Origin: Lytechinus pictus
Lineage: Eukaryota
Reading direction: 5' to 3'
Assembly: GCF_037042905.1 (NCBI RefSeq)
Contig: NC_087251.1
Span: 19,222,001-19,286,000 of the forward strand
DNA: 64,000 nucleotides
The position numbers and the translations under genes were made by a program. Of the stretch, positions 51,516-64,000 are shown one piece after another. Each line of letters begins with the position of its first letter. The first letter of the stretch is position 1. Below the pieces are notes generated by a model. The model worked only from the letters and a program-made list of their open reading frames with translations, had not been told where the DNA came from and ran no database searches.

Positions 51516-51624
51516 CATGCAAAAACGCCGTTGTAAATTTAACACCGGCGTTTCAACACCTCTCTGGTGTGGGCCGATAAAGATGCCGGGCTGGTGTTGA
51601 ATCAACACCGGTGTTTTTGCAGTG
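51516..51624. mobile_element. Small CACTG-ended (EnSpm/CACTA-like) MITE
   Basis: CA-TGCAAAAACGCCG...CCGGTGTTTTTGCAGTG with internal AACACC/GGTGTT repeats. Confidence 0.6.
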
Positions 51625-52519
51625 TATTGTTATTGTTCTATCATCGTTATAACATTATTTTTTACTTATTAACAGAGATGATTGATTCAGAGCTAACAAA
51701 GTTTAATCTCAAAACAAAACGAAATATTTATGGATGGCAATGGGGCATCTGACCTGTTTATTGGAAAAGGTTAATATATTTCTCTATTTGTCAACATGAT
51801 ATCGGCCCTTTCTGATTGAAAAGTATGTAATTACGAGGCACTAACTGAAGATCTCATAATATACAAAATCAAGAGACGTGCTTTAAATGTGGAATACATT
51901 TACGTCGAAACTAAACATGGTTGTGCACTTTTGTAAATACCCACAAAGGAGTGATAATAGTAATGGATGCTTGGGTGTCTTGGGTTAACTCGGTCATGTC
52001 AGTACATTAGTCAAGGACTCTGGGAGACGAGATATAAATATACATGAGCAAGTGCAATACTAACTCTAAATAGAATAGTATGCTTTACTTTAGCCGGATT
52101 TCAGGGAGAATATACAGCAAAGGGGATCATTTGCTGATGATAATTTCATAAATATTTTCCAATATGAAATATTTCTCAACATACACTTTATTTAAGAGGA
52201 TTAAAGAGAACGAACCTGTGCGTGTACATAAATTTCTTTGTTTCGCGTATAGTTAAATAGTCGTTTACAGGGTCATATTTGATAACATCAATGATATTTG
52301 TCTAACATTTTTAAAAACCTCGCTCGATGTACTCTCTCGCATATACTGGATGCTAGTCTTTTCAAATCAAGTGATGTATCTGGATAAGAGTATTTATTAT
52401 TGTTCCCTTACGGTCGGAACTAAACCACTCCGCTTGCTCGCAGTTAAAGATAACCATGAAGATACACAAAATGCAAGGCAGCTTTTTGTTTATTTCCCTT
52501 ATATCTAGTCTCCCTTGTC

Positions 52520-52730
52520 ACGATTACTCTACGATTAGATCTTTGGTCGTACTCGTGGAGTAATCGTACTGATCATGTCGGATTTGATTAGGTCGTATCA
52601 GAACATATGAAATCATCCGTGGCGATCGTGTTAATCGTAGAAAATTTTTGAATGGTAAAAAAAAAAGCGATCAGTATACGGAGGGCCAATCGTGGCGTTC
52701 AAAACGGATCGCACGACAGTGCGAGCGTTG
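52520..52730 (+). repeat. Interspersed repeat fragment, also present at ~62280-62470
   Basis: Shared TCGTGGAGTAATCGTA...ATCGTAGAAAATTTTTGAATGGT...GGATCGCACGACAG. Confidence 0.75.
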
Positions 52731-55700
52731 CATTAAAACATTTGAGGATAGATAGATCATTGTGTCGAAAATGATCTTCTAGTCCTCATCGTGTATTATT
52801 CAAATTGTAGCAATATATTCATCACTGAAAACATTATCTCCAACCTTTCCCACTCCCTCTTATAGTAATGCCCCATGTACCCATTTTTACATCACTACTT
52901 GAAAGGACACTGTCCAGCCGTCTATGGCAACTCCTTTGCACTCTCGGGTGAAAACAAAAAATCGATACAAATTTCCACAGGGAGGGAGGGGTGGTTTGAT
53001 CACCCTAGAAAGACACGATAACTCTTCCAATCAATTTCTAGTAGGTCATACTGGAACCGTCCGGGAAATCACATTTACAAAAGTTCAAGAATAGGGGCAT
53101 CCTATATACTCATCCCGGCATAACACCAGGCGGTGAAAGCAAATTGGCAATTATTCTACATGTCTGTTCTAGTTTGTATCAAGGTGTGTAACGGAATGTT
53201 TCTATCAAGACTGCCCTTAGAAGACAGACATATCGCATGTTATGCAGGTGCGTTGGATATTTAAAGTCAAGGCGCCACTACCATGCAGTACTTTAGCTAA
53301 AGTCCAAATAATCAGCATCTTGGATAGTCTTATAATGCATGCTTATATTTGCATGGTAAAATAATTTACAACAACATTTGGACAAGGAGCATAGAGATTT
53401 AATTGCAGAGATTTTTTTTTCAATAAAGATCAATAACTTTATTTTTTAAAATACCTTAATTTTCATTCATTTATGAAAATGCATATATCAAGACTATCAA
53501 TAAGCCAAATGCCGGGCTTATTATGAACCCATCTGTGCTACTGAACCCTTTTGGGAACAGTTCTTCATTAAAGGGGTATTCCACTCTATGCAAATTGAAA
53601 TCATAGAATAAAATAAAGCAAAAGAATGAAATTCCAATGAAATCTATCATTAATGAAGTTAAGTTTTGTATCATTTCGATGAAAATATTTCACGAATATC
53701 GCCATGAATATGCAATTAGTGGGCTGATGATGTTATTTGATGTCACATCCCCAATTTTCCTTTCCATTCGTTATTCTTATTAAGTATCGGAGACTTTGAT
53801 ATTTTTATATTAATGTAAATTTCAGTCTCTTGAATTAACTTATCTAATAATTGAAACATTCGCCTTAATAGGAAGTATTCACTCTCATGATCTCATAACT
53901 TCAACCACGTTCATATTTACTGCTAGAAATTTCAATATCTAGCCTGGCCGTGAAGGGGGGGGGTCAAATGTCCCAATTTTCATGCCCATGATAAGATTGT
54001 GCTTTGAATTGAAACACCGCGGGAAAAATCAATAAAAAAAATAAAAGTGATAAAAGCTCAAAAAGGTTTTTGATCGGTCATCGTTAAACGAAATGTAGCA
54101 TCGCCAAAACACTCAAACAAATTACGATAAGAAGTATAGAATGAATGCAACATCTATTGACATTCTTTGCATTGGCATGATTGGCAATCGTAAAAATAAA
54201 CGAAGCATATGACGCCACAAGATGATATCATCCAAGCATAAAGCTTTTAATATCGGGTAACAAAAGGCAACATTATTAAGAATGATCCCTAATTTCAAGT
54301 TTTATATAATTTATGATGTGCATTTGGTCATCATAAAAACAAATGAACCGTTGAATATATGGCCTCCTTGAGCGTTTGGTATAAAAAAACGCATTTTTTT
54401 CTCAACAACCTAAATAATTACGTGTTTTAATTCTGAACAAACAAAGTACAAAAGAGTGATTCATTGCACCTCATTGACGATGATTGGTGAAAAATATATT
54501 TTTAACTTCATGATCAAGGCAAATGATAGCGTGGATGATAAAGCTTTATACAATAATCAAGAGAGTCTTTCACATTTTCCTTTCATTTCGATCATCGATA
54601 ATTGCTCAACAACCCTGTCACTGCTTTGGGGGGACAATATATTTACCAAAAATTTGCAATTTGCCAGAATATACATTAACAATTTGTTCCAGTAATCAGA
54701 ATAATTTTCTCCCCCCCCCAAAAAAAAAAAAAAAAAAAAAAAAGAAGAATAAAGTTTTGGATATATGACCCTAATTTGATGAAGGAAATGAATTTAGGAT
54801 CACAAGGTATTTTCATACAAGAAAATGAACCATATATCATTCAATAAAAAGGCACTGGACAATGTTCTTACATAATGCGTCGGCCAATAGGCCTATAGGG
54901 CTATATAGACCCAGGACGGCAAGATGTAGGGCAAAGATGTCGTATAATAGCAGGAAGAGACTATCACGCAATAGCAAACTAAAATCTGTATAACATAATT
55001 TATCCTTCCTATGAAAAGCGATCTTTTCTTTCATTGCTTTACTGTCTTCTCTTCAAGCAAGGTTGATAAAAATACACTGATCATAAATCACAAGTCACTT
55101 TTCTTCAAGAAACAAATTAAGAACCACTCTTTATAATCTGATCGTTTATACAAGAACAAATGGGTGTCAAACACTTATGTTAAAGAAGACCAAAATCGTT
55201 TTCTGCCTGTTTTCTGTGCCCATCGTTTTTACTCATATCTAAAAGCGAATTTTATCTACTTCATGGAATAATAATTGATCTGACCGGTGGGTCATTTTAG
55301 ATCTGATATTTAACACTATAGTGTCATTGTAACCCTGTGTTTAAGGAAATAGTCAGATTTATTAGATATTTTACAAGTCGAAGGTCTTTTTTCGAAAGTC
55401 TTGATGACATAACCGAGACACACTGAGGACTTCAAATCAGCTCATTATCTCAAATCAAGAGCCATGCGAGAGTTCTGAATGTCACTTAATTGACATTCAG
55501 TATGACGACCTCGTAAATTCTGCCAAAATGATGCCCTTGAGGCGGTATGATTGCGTCTCTGAGGATGCTTATGAACGCAATTAAAATTCACCACGAATTT
55601 CAATCATTTTCCTTGTCACCGAAAAATCATGACGTAATTATTGGTTGAAGAATATTGAGGGCCAAGCTTTTCCCTGCTCATAATGATGAATGCAAGTATG

Positions 55701-56579
55701 CCCAACAAAATATTGACAAACGCTATATACTGTATATATAGGCCTACGTATTTTGACTTGTTACTATTCTACTTCAGAGCTTTATCTTGTATCGTTGAAG
55801 AAGTTTTCGAGTTTGGGTTGATAAATTTAGTTTTTGTGTCTTTCTAAGAAGCTATCCACCCGCAATAATTAGTGTTCAAGTTGAAATACACACAAAAGGC
55901 AAAAGGCCAATAAAAAAGGCAAAAAGGCAAATCCATCTAAAAGATTCACACATGGTAGGAATTTTAATAATGAATTAAATATTGATACTATGCAGGGTAA
56001 AATATATACAGCACTTCTTGTAAACAATTCATCCCCAACGTTACAATTTTATTTCTCCCTTTTTACTCATGAAGACGAAAAAATAATTATGTATATATCT
56101 CAATTTATATTGTTTATGATTATACAATGTCATTGTATTTTTTTTCGTTGGAAATTAAATAACTTGCATTAATATGAATTTATTTTTTCTCTTATTTTCT
56201 TTTCAGTTCACCTCACAAAATTAAGATATTAATTTTCCATTAAAATTCCAACACCAATATGTTCATTCAATATGGCCTATACCATCTATAACAAGCTGTG
56301 ATTATTATTCTTTTAAGAATATGACACATTTCCTTTAAAATTCATTTAATCATATATAAATAGTGGCTTTTGCATTCTATTCATCAAATCTTGCTGAAGA
56401 ATGTAGTCTGCTTTTCCTTTAATATTTTGTGATAATGGAATAAAGATTATTGTCACAGAAAGATCAATGTTTGTATAGTAATTGAATGTTAACAAACTTT
56501 ATTAACATTCTTTTTAAATTTCAACTATGCACCATGAACTTAATTCCCAATTCATTCACAAAGGAGAGATGGGTAGAGA

Positions 56580-56702
56580 TAGAAAGGCAAAAAGAAAGAA
56601 GGAAGGAATGAAGAAAGAAAGATAAAAAGAGAGAAGAAAGAAAGAAAGAAAGAAAGGAAAGAAGAAAGAAAGAAAGAAAAAAATAAAGGAAAGAAAGAAA
56701 GA
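56580..56702. repeat. (GAAA)n purine-rich simple repeat
   Basis: Visible run. Confidence 0.8.
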
Positions 56703-58621
56703 TAATCCATATATGATAGCAAAGGGCTGCGCTTCAGGAGGCAGGGGCGATCGCCCCATATAATTCTCAAAAAGAGAAGGAAAAATGTAAAGAGGAAGAA
56801 AAAATGGGTATCAATAAGAGAGTTCTGAGTTGTATGACTTTATTTTACCCATGTTATTCAAATAAAGAAATACAAGATATAACCTGCTGGTAATCTTGCC
56901 CCCACTCCCCCAGTAAAATATTCCGGCACCTCCCTTGGTAATATAAGCCAAAGCCATGTCTCTGTACCTGAATGCAAATTTTTACAAACCCATGGACCAT
57001 GCGCAGTCAAACATTAAACACCTTAGAGTTTAAATCTGCTTTAATTTCATTCAACAAGTTGAATCAGAGTTCACAAGTTTTTTTGTCTTTTTTACACCAG
57101 TGATATAAGATTTATTATTTTTTTTTTTTCAAACATCAGCATTACAAAATACGTTCGGACGGTGGTATTTGAATGGAGGTTATGTGCGGCGGGTGTGAAG
57201 AGAAGTATTGGTGAGAAAGTATATTCAACTTTGCCAAGATCACAAAGAAAGAGATTACTCTGCATGTAGTTCCTAAAAGTAGATCACCAATTGTTCATTT
57301 TGATTATAACCATGTAGTGGCTTAAGTCATACCCATTTTGATGAAATGTCCTCCACCTCTATTGAAAAGAGTAATAATACGGGAAGGCATGCCTATATAC
57401 ATGTATGTTATTATATTTCTTTTGGAACAAATTGCTCCCTGGTCTACCCCACGTTGTCTACGTTCCATTGCATGCCACATGGTCTTAATCCTCATCTACT
57501 AATCATTTGATCCAATTATTATTTACCATTTCATCTAGTAGGCTACACTGGTCTAAGACCCACTTATTTATAGTACTGCTTATCAACCAAATTTCATTTG
57601 ACAAAGTGCAAAAAAAAAGCTTAACAAAAACACGGCGCTGCGTCCTGACATTTTCTTTAAAGCGTTGACGTGTTATTTTGATATTCCAATAGCATTTGCA
57701 TTGATTCACAGTTTTTGTGTTTACAAGAAAAAAAAACTACATACGTATTGCAAGCACTTACATAATTTGCATGAATAGGTATCATAGAGATCATACAGAT
57801 GAACAAATCAGTGGGGGTGCAAGGGTGCGGCCCCTGCCCCGATTTAAGGTACCGAAATGGTTCGAGGCCTGTCATGTATCGTATATTCACTGATTGAGTG
57901 CTTGCAATTTTTTCCATAGCGAGATTATGATGATTAACATTCTTTTGTATACAGGTACATGTATTACGTAGGTCTGCATATTTTTCATTTTCGATTTCAT
58001 TTTGAATTTTTTATAGAAACTATAAATAATCGAAAAAAAGGTGCCTCAAATGCCTGTATCTGTTTTACGCTCTTAATCTACACTTAATATGTTCCATGGA
58101 AATGTTAATTCAAGGAAAATGTAATTCTACCTATAGAGAAATTAAAGCGACAATGGTGTACTTAAAGTTGTTGGTTGGGTTAAGGGCAGTTTACTCTCGG
58201 TAACGATCACTGTGTTGGAAGGCTTGACTTTGTTTGTAGTACGTTATAGGTCACGTACATGCGATGGAGGACTAGCCTTGGATGTAAACTACAAACGGAT
58301 GATAAATCAACACTCAACCATCACGGACTGACAAATGTTTTAAAGGATCTAACAGATTGTAGAATCTCGGAGCTTTAAAATAAGTTGAAGTAGATTTGAT
58401 ATATTTTCTAAAATTCAGATTTACTGAGCAAAAGTCAACTAGACCAAATACTCTATCAAGTGATGATGTCAATTCTTTAATTTCATAAACTGAATTTCAA
58501 TGCAGTCTGATGGAAAATTATATTTACACCTCTTTACTAGCATCTCATGGAGTACTTCAAACCTAACCACTTATAATGGTAGTCTGACGTTCAGTAATTA
58601 CAGAAAAGTATATACTGTACG

Positions 58622-58911
58622 CAGTGGCGTATATAGGATTTTTCACAGGGGGGAGCAAAACCGTCTGCCAAAAAAATTTGACAAGCAAAAAAAAAAAAAA
58701 AAAAAAAGGTCTTCAATCACAAATAAAGGATTTTGTACCAGAAATATCAGGGGAGGCAATAAAGGTCTTCAAGCTCGTCAGGGGGGGGGGGGGCAAAAAA
58801 GGTCTTCCAAGCTCGTCAGGGGGGGCAGGGATACGTCCTTTGCATGGGTTGTGGCTCGTCAGGGGGGGGCAGACTGCCCCCTCTGCCCCCCCCCCCGTAG
58901 ATACGCTAGTG
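58622..58911. mobile_element. hAT-like MITE family A, inverted copy
   Basis: CAGTGGCGTA...TACGCTAGTG; 7/8 TSD ACTGTACG / ACTGTACA; reverse-complement similarity to 2729-3090. Confidence 0.88.
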
Positions 58912-59083
58912 ACTGTACATGATTGTTTTGTACATTGTATAAGTAAACATTGTTCAATCATTTGAATGCAGAAATGAAAGCAAACAAACAATACTTGGGT
59001 ATGAGTCCACATTTTCATTCTCAATTCACTCCTTAATGGTGAACAGTTTCACTCTTTATTTTCATGGATTGGTATCACTACCA

Positions 59084-59533
59084 CACTCTTAAAAAGGTTG
59101 GGTAAAAAAGGCCCAATTTTTTACCATCACTGGGCAACATACTGTCCACACAACTATTGGTTAAAATCTGTCCAAATTTGGTAATGGTTTTGCTTAATTG
59201 GATAATAATTGCCCAGAATATTTATATATTTTTTTTACCAACATACATTACCCAACACAGTGGACAGTATGTTGCCCAACAATTTACTGTAAAATATTGG
59301 GTAAAATGTAAACCAGCACGAGGGTAATTGTGTGTCCAACAAATTTGGGGCAGTATTTTACCCAATGTGGGAAGCATATTGTCCAGTAAGGTTAAAAACT
59401 AAGCAGCAATTACTTTAGAATGGGCAAAATTTTCATCAAACTGGATAAATAAAAATGTCCAAAAGAAATGCCCATTGTTGGTTGGACACACAATTACCCT
59501 CATGGAGCAATTTTACCCAATTTTTTTAGAGTG
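59084..59533. mobile_element. CACTC-ended (EnSpm/CACTA-like) MITE
   Basis: CACTCTTAAAAAGGTTGGGTAAAA...TTTTACCCAATTTTTTTAGAGTG; 2-bp TSD CA; subterminal TTGGG/CCCAA repeats. Confidence 0.8.
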
Positions 59534-59942
59534 CATTGTTATCGTCACTATACGTATCATTATTTTTTTTTCATTTTCTAAAGTTTTAATCATCATTATG
59601 AACAAATATGAATTTCAAATTGTCCACTTGGATTTTCCCGATTTTTAAGGAAATCTTATCAGCTGGCCTCCCAATTCACGGCTAATTCTCCAAAGAATAT
59701 TCATATTCGTGTTCCCCCAAATAAAGTTAAATTAAAGAAAATTACAACAGCATAAATTTGTTTACATAATGATGAAGTCATTTATTTGAATGTTTTCAGT
59801 AATTTTCTGAAGAACCAATTATAGAGAACTTTGCGTCATTCGTTAATGTGAGTGCATAATTTGTATGTGCGTTGGGGTGCATGGGTACAGTAGAATACGC
59901 CCCCACGACGAAGGGGAATCTCACATTTTATCAACATACATA

Positions 59943-60140
59943 CACTCTAAAAACATTGAGTAAAATTGTATTTAATATTGGGTAGAATGGGAACATGCAT
60001 GTTTGCTGGGTATTTTTTTTACCCACATTGGGCTATTTCAACGCAACATCGCGTAAAATTTACAAAATATTTGGTTTCTTTTTAACCAACCAACATGCAT
60101 GTTTCCATTTTACCCAATATTGGGTAACTCTTTTAGAGTG
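59943..60140. mobile_element. Shorter CACTC-ended MITE
   Basis: CACTCTAAAA...TTTTAGAGTG; 2-bp TSD TA; internal inverted repeat TGGGAACATGCATGTT / AACATGCATGTTTCCA. Confidence 0.8.
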
Positions 60141-62279
60141 TAAATTTTAACAGCAAATTTTGGATTGGTAATTGTGGAGGGGGGATCATTACCCCCCTTT
60201 TCATCATTTCAGATCTCAAGCCATGCGATGCTAAAAATACTGCCGTATTAACTTGTTATTGGTGAATGTAGTATATCTCTAAATTTTTGACTGCTTAGTC
60301 GATCAACATCAAATGACAGTCGATAGCGACAGATGATAAAATCACTAAAACCTTCCATTTTAGAACACAGTTTTGATGGATTATACACATTTAATTTACG
60401 GCGTTCATGATTTGACATTTTATCAGGTTCACTAAATAATCCCACCGTCTGCAAAATAAAAAAAACGTTGCTTACAATTTTTTTCTTACACCACATCAGT
60501 AATATAATGGCACCATAGCATTGCCCTTTCTTAAATAATGAATAATCCTCTCAATTTGCAGTACAAACTTGTCTAGATCATGATATTCGTATATATTTAA
60601 TGCTAGTCAGCCCCCTCTCATCTTCCGAGTGAAACAATAAAAAAATGACAGAGTTAAACTATTGCACACAATGAGGGGTAATATACGGGGTAGACGTATA
60701 TACGAGGGGAATAAAATATCTCCACACACTAATTCTCTTTAAAAACTCGATTGATTCGTATAACTAAAGAGTCAAAACACACACAAAATTTATACTTCAC
60801 AAAAGCAAACTACCCGACAAATAGATGTGAAAGTGTAAAGTGGGAAAATGCGCTAGGGTAAATACCCTCAGTGTACGGTATATTAATTAAAAATTTAATA
60901 AAAATGAATTTTACAAATTAAACACCTCAAAGCAGGATTAACAAGTGTTTTCAAAACTCTTCATTATTATTATCACTATAACACTATGATAAGATATTGT
61001 CACGCATTGTTATTAATTTTCCAGTGCTGTTTCATTGCACTAAACTTAAACTTACAGACATTTCTCCTTCAGATTCTATGATATGTTAATTCATTATTCT
61101 GCTTTTCAAATCCTGTCATTGTATGAGATATCAGCTAAGAAACAAACGCGTGAGGATATGATAAAACACAAAACATGATTTTTTTTTAAAAGCAATGTAA
61201 CCATCGACTACACAACGAGACACCCGTTTTTCTTTGAGCTGTTACATACATCTTTTTTCAAATATTATAACTCTGATATCAATTCATATCATTTACGTTA
61301 AAGGGTTTTAAACAAAACAACCTTGCGGTTTCTTTTGCTCTCCTTTCATTTTCATAACTCCGAACTTGTGAATCTTTATTTATTACACGTAACCATTAGG
61401 TGCAAAACCCACTTTTGTAAAAGCCACATCAATGGAATCGACAAACACATGGAAATTATTTATCACCATTTCATAACTCCGAGCGGGTAATGCCATTTAA
61501 TTAGGACTGATAATTTCTTTTAAGAAATTGACACAATGCTTAATAAGTAGTTTGCAATTTTTCTGTCGCACAAAATAGTGCTATATTCTCAATTAATAAA
61601 ATACGTATCCTTATACGTTATTTCATGCAGGGCGCATATTTTCTGAAACGCAATGTAACAAATGCCCTCTTTAAGTTCTTACATGTAACATAAAACAAAA
61701 TGAACGTCTCTTGTTCAGTGCAGTTATTTTGAAGAGGCCATATATTTCGTGTAAATAAGGTTTATTATATATATAGATTGCTATTTTTTTTTTACTCGTA
61801 GTTGGTTTTTTAAACAATTTTTCGCCCCAGAAGTTCAAAAATTTCCTATTTATACAACAACAAAAAAAGAACACTCTCCCCTTTATCAGTGGGTACTCTT
61901 TCCCGCCAAAATGACCCTTACAAATGGGTAGGGGCATCAGAGACAGACCCCCTATGGCAACCAAATACCATGCTATCCCGAAGGTTCTTCGTTAAAACCC
62001 AATCATTGGTATGGACAGCTGCAATCAAGTTCGTGTAACAACAGTCATGACAGTGCATTTAACATGTCCAATTTATCAATTTACAAACAAGAATGTCTAA
62101 ATTTGAATTCACTTTAATTCATAATTTACATAGATTGACGGAGCAAGTTTTTTTTTTTTTTTTTTTTTTTGGGGGGGGGGGAGGGTCTACTGATAACCTG
62201 AAATGAAAGACGGTGGATTTTTATTTTTTTTGCTTGAAGGCCCTATAATGAAGCCCTAGTTCCCTCTGTCGCGATTCGC

Positions 62280-62470
62280 ACCACGAGTAAAACTGTGGTC
62301 TCAATCGTGGAGTAATCGTAGTGATCGTACCAGGTCGTATCAGATCATGATATCAGTCGTGGCAATCGTATTGATCGTAGAAAATTTTTGAATGGTCCTC
62401 AAATTTTTGCGATCAGTTACGGAAGGCCAATCCTGGCGTTCGTAAAGGATCGCACGACAGCGGGAACGAG
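62280..62470 (+). repeat. Second copy of the 52520-52730 interspersed repeat
   Basis: Direct sequence similarity. Confidence 0.75.
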
Positions 62471-62478
62471 GTATAAAC

Positions 62479-62900
62479 GCTACCGCACACCTTACAACTG
62501 GTCCTCCATCTGACTGATTTTTGGAATAAATCGCATTTTGCTCATTTTCTGAAAATGTAAATGAAAGTATCTTTTTATTTGAGGCTCAAATTAACTGAAA
62601 GAATACTAATATAACATTTTTGGATGATTGCAAGCCTTTATTTTGGAGTGAAGGCCAATTAAGTTTCATCGTAGCCAATCGTACGATTGCTTTGCTGTCA
62701 TTACGACTAGATATTAAATTCGCTTTTATTCTAATAAGGATGATAGCATAGTCACATTATTTGAACATAGGAATTCGTATGATTATTTAGTACATTACAC
62801 AGTAAGATATTCCATGTCTCAGTATTTCCATTTTGCAAATTCTATACTACGTTTTATTTCAAACTTGGATCGCAGACCAATCGTAAGATGTGCGGTGACC
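62479..62900. mobile_element. Degenerate MITE (Harbinger-like termini)
   Basis: ACCGCACACCTTACAACTGGTC...GACCAATCGTAAGATGTGCGGT imperfect TIRs. Confidence 0.6.
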
Positions 62901-63483
62901 TTAAAAATTAGCTTTGAATACTGTGGTGGTGAAAGTAGTTCATAAAGTATGCTTTTGGCGTGATATTCCTTTCATATCTTGAATCCATTTTCAATCAAGA
63001 TTTTCTTAGTTATCAATTTTCACATCACATAAAAACAGAAAAACACACTGATATCCCTATCTCGAACACAAACAAAGAACAATTTATTAAACTATCTTTG
63101 AATTATAACTTTCAAATGTTTGAAGAAAAAAAATACCCAGAGTAAACTTACATGGCGAATCGAGGGTATATAGCAACATTTACCAAACATTGAACTCTTG
63201 ATTATTCGATTTTGTCTAGATTTTTTGTTAAACGTTTGTAATACAGAGAATAACAACAACATCGGTGTACAGGTTGTTTAAAGAGCAAAAACCCGTATTC
63301 CTTTTAAATTTGATTCTCTTCCAATGAGAACGTAGCACATGGATTTTTTTTATGAAGCAAATGTGACTATTTCATAGGGTACGGGGGGGGGGGCTCACTC
63401 GTCGTATTTGTGGCATGTGTTCCCTTTCACCACTTTCCCTCGAAACATTCGATCTATATGAACCTTTTAAAACACATTAATGA

Positions 63484-63999
63484 TTAACTAGAATGTGATA
63501 CTGACGATAAATTGCACTCAGTTAATGCAGTGTTTTCTTGTTGTTTGTCTGTGTTGTTTTCTACCGAGTCTTGAGTAGTGATACATTGGTCGTCCTTTCC
63601 ACAATCCATTGGACATTTCAGACTTTCCTTGTCATCATTGAAAACCTCATTCTTGTTCCTATCTTGAGTATTTTTTGGGATCTCTACATGTTCAATGCTT
63701 TGGATACTTTTGGATGTCTCTTTTGTAAGCGATACATACTGCGCAACAGCGGCTCTCCAGAGAACTGATGCACCACGCGAGATGAATTCCTTGGTCCAGT
63801 CAAGGAACCTTTCCCATAACACAATGCCTCGGAAGATGAAGCCATACTTATCAAGAAACACCTTGTCCTGAATATGTCTTCTCATCTCAGTGGAAAGCAT
63901 ATCGATCGTGGCGTTATCCTTAGCTAGTTCCACAGGCATGTCACCATCGTGATTGAACTGAAACATGTCTGCACCGAAGATGATGAGCAAACTAGCAGC
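63484..63999 (-). CDS. Terminal exon of an ankyrin-repeat-containing protein; 5' part lies outside the window
   Basis: Frame is open to the window edge. AASLLIIFGADMFQFNHDGDMPVELA matches the ankyrin L(L)xxGAD...N..G..P..LA pattern. It is followed by a helical region and a disordered tail; TAA at 63484-63486. Confidence 0.8.
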   Translation of the reverse strand, partial: AASLLIIFGADMFQFNHDGDMPVELAKDNATIDMLSTEMRRHIQDKVFLDKYGFIFRGIVLWERFLDWTKEFISRGASVLWRAAVAQYVSLTKETSKSIQSIEHVEIPKNTQDRNKNEVFNDDKESLKCPMDCGKDDQCITTQDSVENNTDKQQENTALTECNLSSVSHSS

Positions 64000-64000
64000 C

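Overview
AT-rich eukaryotic (animal) genomic DNA. A sea urchin is the likely source, inferred from the SPKK-type protein repeats and the repeat landscape, not proven. Three host-gene pieces are visible: the 3' end of a basic SPKR-repeat protein with an acidic Ser-rich tail (<1-467, +), a complete 4-exon MFS/SLC16-like monocarboxylate transporter (25377-29928, +, 503 aa when spliced), and the last exon of an ankyrin-repeat protein (63484->64000, -). The rest is dense in mobile DNA: a 5'-truncated Neptune-type Penelope-like element with a 12-bp TSD and a variant minimal hammerhead ribozyme, a near-complete CR1/L2-group LINE ORF broken by two +1 homopolymer frameshifts, a Helentron/HINE-like element with an internal satellite and a nested Tc1/mariner-like insert, a Harbinger-like MITE whose left 472 bp is tandemly amplified, and many hAT (8-bp TSD), TTAA (Kolobok-like), CACT-ended and fold-back MITEs, plus a tRNA-headed SINE. 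Most short ORFs in the supplied track are spurious. No clearly new biological system can be demonstrated from sequence alone. The best leads are the variant hammerhead, the MITE-derived nascent satellite, the nested hAT modules and the bipolar SPKR protein.
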